Under the pieces are notes generated by a model. That model was not told the origin of the DNA. It did not search any database and saw only the letters and a list, made by a program, of their open reading frames with translations. Positions 12,459 through 27,100 of a stretch of DNA of 64,000 bases are shown one piece after another (positions within the stretch are counted from its first letter, which is position 1; every line of letters begins with the position of its first letter). Both the position numbers and the translations under genes were made by a program. The DNA lies in NCBI GenBank assembly GCA_964035545.1, contig OZ037771.1, positions 1,313,628-1,377,627 of the forward strand, written 5' to 3'. Source of the DNA: Bugula neritina. Taxonomy: Eukaryota > Animalia > Bryozoa.

Positions 12459-15400
12459 ATGGCTAATGGGGCTAGTAAAAAGGCTTGGGATATACTTTGT
12501 GCCTATCAGCAAAGGCGCGGTGCTAACAGTGATGTTGATGACGTTGACACTTTCTTAGCCACTCCACCTCCCGAATATCAGTATATGGTTGACTGTTGGT
12601 CTTCTCTCCTTTCTCCACGATTTGAAGATCTACCTTCTGATGAAACTGTATCATCAGACAGTGGAGGGACCAATCAGCAATATGTAACACATGAGCTAGT
12701 TGTTGCTGTGAACAATGAAGACTCCTACGATGATGCTAATATAAATGACAACTCAGAAAACCTGTATGACTTCAGCACATTAGCTGCTAATCATCAGCAA
12801 CAGGCGACTGACAATATTCAACTGTCAAATGACAGGGTTCAAGTTGATGAAATAAATACAGTAATAAATAGTAGTTCTTTTCAACACATCAGACATGTTG
12901 AAGAAAGACTACATAGTGATACGTTTCAAGATATTGTAAGCTCACCAGCTGACAATGGGAGAGAACTGAGTGTAGAAGATGGTGACTTTAGGCAGCAGGC
13001 AGCGGCAGCATCTGGCAGCTCACCTGCAGGTTGGTTGTAAACATGTTGTGTATTCATGTGTGGAATTTCAATAGAAACCATGTTTAAAGTAAAAATGACT
13101 TTGTTGCTTGTTTTACACTAATTATATGTTATACGGTGTAGATGAGAATCTGGATGACCTGTGTGATACGTTGGCTGTCCCATTCTTTGATTTCACTCCA
13201 TTGGATGATGAGTTATGTAGCCTCAGTGCCAACCTGGCTCAGTGTAGGTTGGAGAAGTCACTTTTAGAGGAAGATTTACAACTTGAGGTAATACATAGCC
13301 AACTATCAAAACTATGCGAATGATAAATGTTTTGCCCTGCAACATTGAGGTCAAGCAGGTAGCGTGGTTGAAATCTCTTAGAATATATAGACTTTGTTTT
13401 TATAATCATCTATACATCTTGCAGACTGTGCCCTGTGATGAGTTTGGTGGAGAACGCTATGTTATGTATCCTCACATCAACTGCAGCCAATCAGCATCTC
13501 AGTCAACAGAGGAGACAATGAACAGTTATGACTCATCTTCATTAGAGCAACAGATTGTGGAGTTTGTTGAGCGTACGAATGCAGTATTCGGGTAATTTCC
13601 ACATGACTTTAGCATCTGCAATTATCTCAATTTGTAATTTTATAATAACTGTTTGAGTAATGTATTATTTGTTGATGTTTTTAGTGGCAGAGTTTATAAA
13701 TGGACTGAAGAACTGCAGAATGCAATAGAGTGTGAATCTATAGAAAGTGTGGAAAATAATCGGTCTCCCAGCATATCAAACATACCTGATGGTAGATTCT
13801 TAGGCTAAGCCTTTGACTTTTTTTATACTTCAGGAGCTATTTCAATATCTAAATTAGTTGTAGATGTTTAGACATTTATTTAAACATTATTATAGAAACT
13901 TATGGCATCCTTACTTAACATGTGATTTACAGAGGTGCTGCTTACTATACTCTCCTATATCCCTCTGAAAGACAACTTGCTAGTTCTGTCCTTAGTTTGT
14001 AAGAGATGGTATATTCTCGCTGCTGACCCTTCACTCTGGCAGCATCTGTTTCTATCAGCTGACACTGTTATAGACCCACACTGGCTGTGCTACATGGTGA
14101 GACGATCCCCTCAACTTAAGACATTGTGTGTAAGAGGTTAGTTTTCTTAGTCACTAGCATTAGTAGTTGACTGTAATTACTCCATTCAGCTTCAGTTACA
14201 TCATACTTCAACTACATCATACTTTAATTACATCATACTTCAGTTACATCATACTTCAGTTACATCATACTTTAATTACATCACTTTTCAGTTACATCAT
14301 ACTTTAGTTACATCATACTTCAGTTACATCATACTCTAGTTACATCATACTTCAGTTACATCATACTTCAGTCACATCATACTTCAGTCACATCATACTT
14401 CAGTTACATCATACTTCAGTTACATCATACTTCAGTTACATCATACTTCAGTTACATCCTACTTCAGGTGGACAGAACTTGTCGTCTCAGTCTTTAGCTG
14501 TGCTGACGACTTACTGCCCGATGCTGACCACTATTGACTTTGGCTTCTGTAACGTCACTCAGCCTATGCTCTGCTCTCTGGTCACTCGATGTCCCAACAT
14601 CTCATCGGCCAACTTTGAGGGCTGTGAGACAGTCTCCTCGGAGTGGATCCGTACTCTGTGCCAGTTACAAGTTAGTAGTTTTTATAATTCTGTGTCAGTT
14701 ACAAGTTAGTAGTTCTATGGTTTGTATGTTAGAAATTGGTATTACCACAGTCATGGCAAGTCAACGCAATTGTATCACCTTGAGTAAAAAGTTTCAAGAG
14801 CTTGACTCAAACCCAGCTCTGACACTTGAACTTCATCAACTTTTTTATCATTTAAAATGGTGACCACAAAAAGCTTAGTAAGTTGACAATTATGGGAGAA
14901 GTTTTGAATTTACCAATTTCAGACAAAATGATTTTCATAGGTACTATTTTATTTAGGCAGGTCCACTTGGTGTTGAGGTAGGCTGTTAATAAAACGTATG
15001 AGTATACCATAGCTAATAATATATGAATTGTGTTACCATTCACCTGCTTAAATATTTTTAATTAATTTTATGGCGTTTGTTGTGTGTAATGAATGTGTAT
15101 TGTCAATTTTGGTTAATTATAGCTCAATGTTTTTTAGAAATTAGTGTCTGTAAACATCAGTCATTGTCAAGTGCTGGTAGATGAAGATATAAAGTACCTG
15201 TCGGAGCACCTGCCCAGACTAGTCCATGTCAACATTGATGGCAACTCATTCCTTTCTGACATGTATGTGCAGGTTCTCTTCTAGCCTACATGGAATAGTG
15301 TTATATAAGTTAGCAATACCTTCAGCTAACAAATGATTAGGTTATATTATAGCTATGTGTTATATCATATTGTAATACATAAATTAAACTTTTAATAGTG

Positions 15401-17110
15401 ATCTATCTGTATTATCACATGATAAAGTTTCAGACTTTCGATGAATTACATATCCTAATGTGAAATAACCTTTTCGAGGTCAAAATTTCTTTTCTGCAAT
15501 ATGCACATGCAGACATGTGTCACTTGTTTGTAGATCAGTAGTGTCACTGTGTCAGAAGCACATGCAGACACTTGTCACTCTTAGTATAGATGGGGCAGAG
15601 AGTACTGACAAGTCAATAGAAGCTGCAACAGCTTGCCCTAAACTTATTCAACTCACCATATCATTTGCAGAAAGGCTCACCTCCCTGTCTATAGATTATT
15701 TGTTGGTGAGTTATAAGAATACTGCTGCTACAAATTGAATTCCAAAGTCTTTTTGGTTGAACTTCTGTAAATCAGCTTTTTAATTCTTTGCCATCTCTTT
15801 TTGAGCTTTAATTTCTTGTAACTTCTTTCTGCAGTTTCTGGTAGCAATTGTGCTTTTTTGTCAATATTTCCAACTCTAGATAATCATATTAGCAGCTTGC
15901 TAAGCTTGCTGCTGACTACTTGCAGAAGACCAACTCTCTTTCCTACCTCCAGATCAGGAAGAGTCCAATATTAGACACAGACAACTTCTGCCGCCTGTTT
16001 CAGGCCAACAGCTGCATGCAGTACCTTCAACAACTGGATCTCTCGGAATGCACTGCGGTTGTAGATGTGGTGGTGGAAGCTATTTCTCGTAGGTTAGTCT
16101 TATGTTCAGTTACTGTTTCTGTAACTTGTTGTTATTTATTTAATCTGATGCTGTCTCACTTGTTTCATGGCGTATTTTTACAACATTCGTTTAATAGGAT
16201 AGTTTGCTCTGTAGTATACATTTAGTAGCATTATAATAGCATACTATAGCATACATTGAGTAACAATGTAATAGCATACAATAGCATACATTTACTAGAA
16301 TTATGTACATTATATAGTTATATAGTACATCTTATATAGTTCCAGGCACTGTAACATATATAATATGTCTGTACCTTAGCTATGTCTACTTCTTACTCCA
16401 TTTCAACATACCTTTTAGATGCCCCCTACTTGTGCGCCTAACTCTAGGCTGGTGCTGGAACATAACTGATGAGGGTGTGAACTTCATCATAAGAAACTGT
16501 CAGTAAGTTGTATTGCATATTATTGTATTATGTATTATTTTAATACATCTTATTATATTATGTATTATTTTATTACATCTTATTATATTATGTATTATTT
16601 TATTACATCTTATTATATTATGTACTATTTTATTATATCTTATTATATTATGTACTATTTTATTATATCTTATTATATCATGTACTATTTTATTATATCT
16701 TATTATATTATGTACTATTTTATTACATCCTATATTCATGACCTCTTCAGGTATTTGGAGCACCTTGACTTGCTCGGTTTAGAGCTCATTGATGGCCACG
16801 GATTCGACTTACTCCCGGCAAAGTTACCTCGTCTAACATTTCTCAGTCTGGTGCAGTGTAACAGGGTAAGTTATTGCACGTACTTACTTCACACTTACTT
16901 TAGTATATTTGTACACTTTAATATATTTGTACACTTCAATACCTGCCGCATGATACTTCCTATACAATTTGTGATGCTGCAAGAATGTAAGGTCCATGTC
17001 CGCCATGTTTATTTCAGGTGAATGATGACCTCATCAAAAGAGTCCTAGACCGAATGCCTCAACTCACGGCCATTAACTACTATCACGAGGATTTTAGAAC
17101 AGCCATGTAG
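12459..17110 (+). CDS. F-box and leucine-rich repeat protein (FBXL family) with long acidic N-terminal extension
   Basis: F-box (SISNIPDE/VLLTILSYI...LSLVCKRWYILAADPSLWQ) across ~13770-14045. Cys-containing LRRs follow (CPMLTTIDFGFC, LQQLDLSECT, CPLLVRLTLGWCWNITDEG). Last exon ends HEDFRTAM* at 17110. Confidence 0.88.
14190..14467. repeat. 16-bp minisatellite (CAGTTACATCATACTT)n ending at an FBXL acceptor
   Basis: About 17 tandem copies. The last TTCAG is the acceptor. Confidence 0.92.
16524..16730. repeat. 30-bp minisatellite
   Basis: About 7 copies of TTATGTAYTATTTTATTAYATCTTATTATA, filling most of an FBXL intron. Confidence 0.9.
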
Positions 17111-18090
17111 AAATGCTGCCTTATTTATGGACAGTCATATGACAGCGCTGCCTTACTTACCATTATAATATATAGTTTTATACTCTTCATATGGCAAATC
17201 TAAAACAACTATTACAGTAAGCTATTTGCATTATTCTAAACTCTAACCATTTTAAAGTTGGAATCTCAAAGAAATTTTTGTTGCATGGCTCAGCCTGAAT
17301 TTTTAATAGAAAGTTATTTTGAAATTTTGCTGTAAAATTTGAACCAAAAAGTTGGGGTTGTAAATGTTTGATACAGAGCATAGCTTCAACAGGCATTGTT
17401 TAAACCATTTTTTTATTATATTTTTATAAAACAGATATACATTATTTTAAAATAAAAAGCTAAAAACATTAAATTTAAGTTTGTTTTCATTTTTTCCTAA
17501 AATCACCACTGGTGTTTCGACTGGAACAAATGACCTTGTATTTACTAGGCCAGTGCTCTTACCATTTTATAAAGTAATTTCTGTTTACTAAACTTACTTA
17601 TTCACACAATTAGATTTTAGGGCAACTTTCAGTCAGCTTAAACTAGTTTGATGTATAGTATGAACATTTTGGTCTCAACATCTATTTGTCAACTGTTAGG
17701 GTTCACTAAAGCCCCTTATTAGATTAGATTGGTTTAAAATAAACAAAGCTTATTTTGGTTCAACAATCATAAATACAATATTACTTTAACTCATAACTTT
17801 ACTAAAATATAATATAATATTTAATTAAATTAAAGGTAGAAAATTACTCAATTTCAAATACCAACCTAATGATGCAGCCATTTATGGGTTTAAGTCAACA
17901 TTTCAGTAAACAATTGTCTTAATAGCTCCAATTAGTCATACAATGAACACTGTATTAGTTTCACAATCATGATTATATAACATATACATAGATACTCTAT
18001 ACACTTAACTGAAACTATAGTTATAGTTCAATGACTCTATCATCCCTAGACCATTAGTTAGTCACGTGATACTCTATCATCCCTAGGCCA

Positions 18091-21000
18091 TTAGTCACGT
18101 GATACCTCCATTATAACTTTAACCAGGGAAGTCCAATGGTTTTGCCAGCTACATGTGTGTCCACAGAAATCTATACCACTGCCTTCAACTCCTACCACCG
18201 TCCCATCAGCAAAGTACTGCCCATTTAAACTAATAGCAAAACAGCCGTTGTACCACCATCCTCCTGTAAAGTTGTGTCCAAAAAATAAATTAACGAAATA
18301 GAAGCAGATATAATCTATAAGAGTTACCGTAACTCTTGTTGAAGCTAGCATCTTGTGCATGCCTGCTCCTGGCTGTTATACCAAATAACTATTGATGTAG
18401 TTGAGTGGGCAAAGTAGAATTCAGACTAATTCATCATATTGAAACATGGGCATACAACGCTTTGCAATTAACAGAATATTTGTGAGATTTAAACTAATTT
18501 TATATATCTTCAATAATTTCCTAATAAAACTTTTGTGAAAACCCATGACCTCGTGTTTACTAGGCAAACGCTCTAACCCCTAGACATGCACGTCTGTTTT
18601 CTATATCATATTCTTAATATTCCAATAATAATAATAATAATAATAATAGGTCTACATTCTGATACATAAAACAATCTGCAGATAAAAACTCAAACAGCTT
18701 ATATGGGTAGCAAAAAGACTTTAGTTTTCATATAGCAATATGACCTAAGCTAATGTACAACTAATGTTACCTGTGAACACTGCAGCACAGTGTCTGTTTG
18801 GGTCATGGTCATTCTCACGATCCCTAGTAGAAAAGAAGCAGTCATGGTGATAAGAGAATGCTTCCTCAGCATCCCCATAATAGCCCGTAGGGTTGAGCTG
18901 CAGAAAATGAGTTCAGAGTTCAGAGTTCAGAGTGTTTCACAACCAATTCTTGCCATGAACAGTAAAAGCAAGCTGTAGATAGATACTGATATAATTCATT
19001 CAGTTTTAGTAATGTTGCCTATGAAAATGAAATCAGTTTGCTGATGAAATGTAAATGCAAACACTATGTTATTTATGCTACTGCTAGAGCTGTATCTATT
19101 GTTTGTCTGTCCGCAAAAGTGCAATGAAATTAGTTGCACAAAGCGGCATATAATGTATTTATTTAGTATGAAAGTCTACCAGTCTGAAAGATGCTGAGAT
19201 ATTGGCCTATAACAAGTACTCTCAGTAAGACACTAACACTCATCCTGTATTTATCAGATTCAGGTCCTACGTAGAAGTGTGAATAAACTCCGTGGCGGAA
19301 AGTTCCATCTACTGCCTCGGCGTATATATGAAGCTTTTGATTGGTTTTGGTGATTTCATGTATCTTGTCATTTCCTGTGAAGTCAGTTTTAAAATTTTAA
19401 TATTTTCATCAGTTTTTTATTCATTATATATTATTAGTATTATTAGCAAAAATAATTTTAACTTAGGAGTTAATGTGCCAAATTAAGTTAATGTCATTAT
19501 TAGGTATACTCATGTAATTTGCTGTTTGCATGCAGCTATCAAAATCAGTTTAGTGATTATTATTTCAACGAAATACAAAGAAGGCTTTTCATATCAAACC
19601 TATTATTCTGTTATAATATATCTATAATAGTTTTCTCACAAGTGCTTATAACTACCATTGGCTAGGGGGGAGGTAGACTGTCTGTCTGTTATGACATTTG
19701 CATTAAGTCAGTTTTCCAATCCTAGCAGAGCCATGAATAATGCCAGGAAGGGCAAATGGTTACGCTACTACTTTGAAATCTCTCAAACCAATTACCAATG
19801 TAGTGAGAGGCAAAGTTCTTGACTTGCACATAGATCACTACCAGCAGGGGTTTTCACAAGAGTGGAAAATTTAGCAAATTGTCGATTGGTTTTATTATAA
19901 TTTTGATACTTTACCTAGCCAATGTTCTCCATCTATGTTCCCAAAACCCTCCTTGTATTCACTCCAATATCTATGGAAATCAACACTTCCATCAAATCTG
20001 TTTTGTATCACTGTCCAGCCATGATAGGCATGGAAAGAACAAAACGCCTCAAACAACCCTAGCTGTGCATTGTATAATTTGTAAACCCCCGAAAGTCGTA
20101 TCCCAAGCTCATACGCTTCTTGGCAGTCTATCAAAAAGAAAATGTATGCATCAGTGAAAGATAACATTTATACATTACTACTACAGACTTTAGTACATAA
20201 ACTAACTACATGTTGAAACATGACAGCTCACTGTTATATGATATTAATTCAGTTAATTTGTTTCTTTTATTGTATCAAACATGAAAAAGTTTGCCTTAAA
20301 AAACTCAAAGAGATTTGCTATATCACGAATTTTCAAAATCTGACAAGCATTTGTTAATTATGTAACACTCATTTGTGGAGTGTGTTGGTGCATTTATCAT
20401 TCCAACAATTACAATTTTGATAATTTATTACTCATATTAGCTCTTTAAACATTTATATGGTTAATCTTCCAGACATACCTGCAACTATGGGTATCGGTTG
20501 GCAATATGACGGTCTATCCTACATGAAAAGTAAAGTAACTATAAAATAAACCCAATATAAGGAATCAGTAGCAACATTTTCTGTACTATAGGGCTCTAGA
20601 TTATAAATACTTATATAGAACAGTTACAATAACTTTTATTTTCAAAAGATGACAAATTTAAAAATACTCCACAAAACTGTAACATCTCACAACCCAACTA
20701 AATTTATTGATTTCTGTGAAAATCTTTCCCCTCACCAAGCGATATTTTCTTCAATTATATACCTTGTTCACACCAGTGTGGTATCTACCAAGGAAGTATT
20801 GCTTTTATAGCTGCAAGTTATTCAACTGGCATTCCCAAAAGGCACTGCATACACTAACTGTGATACTATAAGGAGCATATTACTTAATTTACCTGCATGT
20901 TGTACGAGCAAGCCCTTTGTATATAAACCAGATCATTGAGCTCTGAAGATGCTGAAACATAATCATCCTGGTGATGGAGCCAGCAGACTTGAGAGGTTGT

Positions 21001-21623
21001 GTTGTATAAGGCAGCTTCACATGTCGGGTCTCTCTTGCATGTCATCACACAAATGTTGATAGTTCTACCTGAGATGAGAAAACAATAGTGTGTTAGCTTG
21101 TGCTGTGTAGAAGAATGGTCCAACTACACCAGTTTATTTACTATTAGTTCATAGAGAGAAATTAACTTTGGCTCATCAGAATAAAATGCTTTATAACATT
21201 GAGATGAGAGTAAGAATACACACACTAGAATAGTAAGACTCTTTTTCTTCAGCATATATTATACTAATAGTATCTAGTATTTGGTAAACCTGTAGGTTAA
21301 AGTATTAGCAAACTTGCAATGAGAAAATATTTAAAAAGTTGATGAAGCTAAATTTATATTAGGAAAATTGCAACTAGGCTAAGTGTGTGACCCTGAGACA
21401 GCCCATGACTAAGTGTAATATGTTATCACATACAGTCAGCTATTTCCTTATAGTGGTAGTCGTTATCGTCATCGTCATCGATGGAAAGGGCAGGACTAGG
21501 AGTCATCTTATACAGAGTTGTCTCCCCTGAGTCAGTCTTTATCAAGTACATCATGGTAGCCAGAATCAGTGTATGCTTCCAGAAATGTCTAGTGGTTGCC
21601 ACAGCTATGTCTCCCTTCATCAT
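18091..21623 (-). CDS. Secreted fibrinogen-related protein (FReP) with N-terminal PAN/apple-like domain
   Basis: Signal-peptide exon ~21433-21623. PAN-like exon CVMTCKRDPTCEAALYN...CWL. FBG motifs DCQE, GWTVIQNRFDGSVDFHRYWSEYKEGFG..GEHWLGND, FSTRDRENDH..HCA and GGWWYNGC...LNG. Stop at 18091. Confidence 0.9.
18540..18585 (-). mobile_element. Degenerate tRNA-derived SINE head
   Basis: Minus strand GTCTAGGGGTTAGAGCGTTTGCCTAGTAAACACGAGGTCATGGGTT resembles a truncated tRNA-like head related to 28017-28070. Confidence 0.4.
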
Positions 21624-24128
21624 AGCTAGTAGCTCTAAACAGAATCAATGTATGAAACATATGAAGACATCATAGTAATAATATGTAGAAGACATCATAG
21701 TAATATGTGGAAGACATCATAGTAATATGTATTCAGTCTGTATAGACATATATTCTTCCATAAATCAGTTTGATCTGAGAAACTTGTCCAATAAGCTTTT
21801 AGGGTTTAAGCTATGATTATTTTTTGTTGTTTATAGAAGTTATTCGCAAGATATTTGCTTTAAAATCAAAATAGAGTTTCACTATAATTTAACTGCCTCC
21901 TCTAGCCAACTATTCTTTTAAATTGCTACTGTATTATTATCGTTATTTTCTGAAAGAAGTTCGATAAATGTGTTGAAAAGGTGTTTTAATTCTCAGAAAA
22001 ATAAGCTTGTAGATTAATGGTAATACTTTTTACTTATTGGAAGCAAACAGGGATGGAGCTTCATGTATTCTATACATTACCAAAACTAAGTATACTTACA
22101 ACTAAGGTGAACAAACAATTATAGCTGCATTAACTCACAACTTACTTTTATATAACAAAAAAATAAATGTTAGACAATTCTAATTATTTAGTTTTAACTC
22201 ATTTAAAAGCCATTTATATCCCCAATTTCAATTTTAAAACATTTCATAAAGTTTCAAACACATACCTTAGAAAACAGCTGCTTATATCAACATGGAGCAT
22301 TGGATATTCAAATATAACTGGTTGACCGTGAAACTATCAGCATCTGTTATTTATCCAAACTCTATGCAACTTCCTGAGGACCAAAAGTTAAAACAAATAA
22401 AAAAGACGTAAATATAATTTATTTATATTTTCATAACAATAAGAATTACGCATAAATTATTGACTTTCACCTTATTTTGCAGTTTCATCAGATTAAATTG
22501 CCAATTTATTGATCATTTCAAGTGTTAATTTGTTGTTTGTAGGAATAAAATCTGCTGTTGTATCAATAAGGATCTAGATTTGGCCCACTCAACATGCGTG
22601 TTTGCCTACGTATGTGCAGGCAATCATGCATCACTGTGCACGTGCTAATCAGATCTTCAAGTATTATTTTACTTGATGCCAGCAATACTGTTGAGTCTGG
22701 TTAAAGAAGTTAATTTAAACAAGTCTGATAAGTAGGTTTAGGTGCTAAAAACATTAACTTTTATTTATTATGTTTAACTACAACGTTTAAAGAAATTTAA
22801 ACAATATTTTACTCAGTAAACTGGACGTATAGACTATAAGGAGTAGCAAGCAGGCCAAAGCCTAGTTTTTCTTTTTTATGTTCGCAAAATTGTATCTAAT
22901 TGTTAGCTTTTTCACACAAGAACTCTAGTATGCGTGTTAGTTATATAAGACTAGCCCAACTTACCAGGTTTACTCTAAAACAGTAAGTCCTCCTATGTTC
23001 TCATGTGCATTCAGCTCACAGCTATCACATAGCTTGTTTTTTCTACCAAAAGCCATGATGTCATCACAGCAGGCCCATGTAAGGCCTACTTTTCATTCTT
23101 ATACCTGCGTGTGGGCCTTAATTTTAGATCTTACCTTATAGCTTTTGTTACAATTAGCTTATTTTAAGCCTCGCTATATGCTGCCATATTTTATCCTATT
23201 CATGACCTCACACATGTTTCTCATATACTTGAAATAACTTTTCACTATAATTATTTTTACTGTGTTATAGAATGCATGCCATTACTTGATCCAATAGAAA
23301 GTTGTTATGCAAGATGGTTTGTTTAGCTATTCACCCAGCTAAAATGTTTCACTGATTTTTTTTATAAATGTGTAAGAACAATCATCATAGTTGATCAAAG
23401 CAATGAAACAAATTCATTTTATATTTTATATTCTGTAAGTTTTTTAAAAATAATTTTTGGTAAATCTTTATACTATAAAGGTAATTTAGGTAATTTAAAG
23501 TAATTTGCATGTAGTTGTTACATTTTAACTTTACGTCATGTTTGCTGTTTGTTTTATATGTAATATTTAAATGCTTTATTAATTGGAATATCTAAAAATA
23601 AAAAGCTGCACTTATATTCAATATGGCTACAGTTACTAACATTGCATAAAATAAGAATCATTTGATGGCTAAATACTACTAATAACTGATACTAATACTG
23701 TGCACTACTGCAGTACTCCACTACAGCATAAAAGTCAGGTGTTATTTAAAACTATATAAAAAATCATTATAAGATAGAAAAATAATAAAGTATATAATAA
23801 TAATATTAATTTAAAGCTGCTAAAACTGATCCTTTGTCAATAATAATATACCCCCATAACGAAGCAAACTGCATGCGGCCTCAAAAAATCTTTAGATACA
23901 TTTTTAAATGTACAAACCTACATGGATATGAAAAAAGTTCAACTTTGAAAACTCGAAACAAAACTTTCCTATTTTAAAATTAACTACACAGCTTGTTGTC
24001 ATAGAAAAAGAAAAACAACAGTAAGTTTACATTAGAGATATTCAGGTATATGGTGTGTGAGGGCTGCAGTCGAAAGTGCTTTCTAGATAGACACCTAGAT
24101 GCTAGATTGTGTTCTAAAATACTTAAAG

Positions 24129-27100
24129 CTAATTTCTTCTGGGAACTGCAGTAAGCTTCACTGGTGTTGCAATGTTCAATAATAATAGGCCCAGCTTGTA
24201 AGTCAAATCTTTCTACAAAACAAAAGAAAAGTTTGTTGAAAAAATGAGCAAAGGAAAAGTGGATATAGCTTCATAACATTTATAGAAGTATAATAGATGA
24301 TGCTAGAGACAACTATGGAAGTATAATAGATAATGCTATAAAGACAACTATAGAAGTAAAGCAGATAATGCTAGAGACAGTTATAGAAGTATAATAGACG
24401 ATGCCAAAAGCAGTTATAGAAATATAATAGATAATGCTAAAAACAGTTATAGAAGTATAATAAATGATGCTAGAGACAGTTATAGAAGTATAATAGATAA
24501 TGCTAGAGACATTTATAGAAGTATAATAAATGATGCTAGAGACAGTTATAGGAGTAACCCTACCATCTCTGGCGTTTCTGAACATCTTTCAAATCTAAAA
24601 GCAGTCAGTGCTTTCACAATAACAACTTTCATTTCAAGAAGAGCAAGTCTGGATCCAATACACTTTCTCCCTCCGGAACCAAAGGGCAGGAAGGCGTATT
24701 GCTGAATGGGTGTTCTGTTTTCTGGTGCAAATCTAAGCACGATACATAGAATCTTAGAAACCCATGACTAGCATATCAAAACACGTGAAAGCTCAAAAGC
24801 ACTCGCATAATACTTAATTAAAAACTATCAACAAGCACCTTTTGCCACATTTAATAAAGGTACTAAAAGAAAAAAAGGACCTAAATTGCCTTTTATTTAA
24901 ACAAATTTGTGAAAGCATAATTAATAATGAGTAAGTGTTGGCCAAAAAAAATGAAAACCTAATAGCATAGCGTAATTTAATTTTAATTCATCTATATACT
25001 AAGTAATGGCCACTTTAAAAAGAAACTAGTGTGCTAGGTATATAAATAGATACCTTTCAGGTTTAAATGTCTCAGGATCTTCCCAATAAGTAGGGTCACG
25101 GTGCATGCAATATATCTGTACGTGTACAACCATTCCTTTCTTGATTGGTGTGCCTCTTATAGTCACATCTGCTTCTGCTTCTCTCTCCAACCTTTATCCC
25201 ACAATGACAGTAATATATAATATTAACATACAATGTGATGGTAGTAATATATATTACCGTATAATATGAGAATGAAGCACAATACAGTACATAGAACTTT
25301 CTAGAAGGATCTAGAGCCTACCTCATACCAACTGGCATTAGACGCAGTGTCTCATCTATGCACCAATCAAGGTACTCCAGTTGCTTTAGTTCTTCATAAG
25401 TACAACTTCCATTTTCATCAGCCACCTCTGATATCACTCTATAAAGCTGCCAACATAAATGTGTAACAGTAAACCATATTTCTCAGAGTTTTAACATTAA
25501 AAATGATGAAAATAATGTCACTAAACCATATTTTACTTTTCAAAAGTGATAGTGACAAACAATTAAAACACGCAATTTGGACCAACAAAATCTAAAATAA
25601 TATTTATACTTTAGTACCAAATTTGGGCTTAGCTTTCCAATCTGATTTGCATTGACAGAAAACTTAAAATGACGACAATATTTTGATTTGAATAGATAAA
25701 TAATATATTTTAGCCAGCTAGAATGAACATCAGTTTATAGCTGCAATAATACTGTTGAAAATGAGATCAACATAAACACTTTGCATTGTGGTACCTTATC
25801 TTGAACGTCTGGATATATGGCCATGAAGTAGAAGAAGGACTGTAGGGTGGAGGATGTGGGCTCAAAGCCATCAGAAATCAATAAAGTGGCGTTGGCTATA
25901 AAATCTCTTTTAGTGAGCCCTAGAGATGAGAAACAGGTGCTGTAGTTAACGGATTGCAAGTCATAAACTTTGTTCAACAATGCATTGCATTCATGTGCAA
26001 AATGTTTAAGTAAAATGCTTTGAAATTACTAGTTATTATATAATAAGGATAACAAAATAATTGCATATTAAATTGTGAAACTATAGCAAATTATATCACC
26101 AAAACACAATTATAAAATCATTAGTTAAAACTTTTTAATTTTAATATATTATTGTAACACAAAATATACATCAGTTGTATCATTTATTGCACATGCACAG
26201 TATAATACATCTAAATACAGCGTAGGTAAGCCTGTATTCATCAAAACATTATTGTTTTCAGTATTGACAACGAATAATGTCTAACTATTGTTATGCACCC
26301 TCAAAATAAACTCACCTGCTGAAGTCCATGCATCTTGCCATTTGTAACTTTTATAGTGTTTTCCTCAACTTCTTTTAAATCTACTACTTTCTCTGCACAT
26401 CGAGATATGAACTCTATGCCCTTCTACACAATGGATCAATGAAAGAGAGGTAAATAAAAGTGCCTACATAGTAATAACAAAGAACCATAAGATTTGTCAT
26501 AACTGATGATAGCAAGGTGAATCTCACAAAACATTGATGCAAGTTACAAAAACACTAAGTTTTGAACTAGTAAATCCTGGATACAATCTGACACATACCA
26601 TACGACACATACCGCATGACACATATTATATGACACATACCGCATGACACATACAATATATACTATTGTACAGGATCACAAGTACCATAATGCCCCACAA
26701 GTACCATAATGCACTACCAGTACCATAATGCCCCACAAGTACCATAATGCACTACCAGTACCATAATGCACCACAAGTACCATAATGCACTACCAGTACC
26801 ATAATGCACCACATGTACCATAATGCATCACAAGTACCATAATGCACTACCAGTACCATAATGCACTACCAGTATCATAATGCCCCACATGTACCATAAT
26901 GCACTACAAGTACCATAATGCACTACCAGTACCATAATGCACTACCAGTACCATAATGCACTACCAGTACCATAATGCACTACCAGTACCATAATGCACC
27001 ACAAGTACCATAATGCACCAAAACTACTGTACCTGCTCCTTTTGTCGAACTTCGTCGTACAATTTGTTCATCAACGTTTCAAAATAGTTGTTAGCATCCT

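Noticed and set aside
26678-27020. Regular short repeats resembling CRISPR arrays
   Set aside because: Head-to-tail units with no unique spacers, no cas genes, and a eukaryotic intron context.
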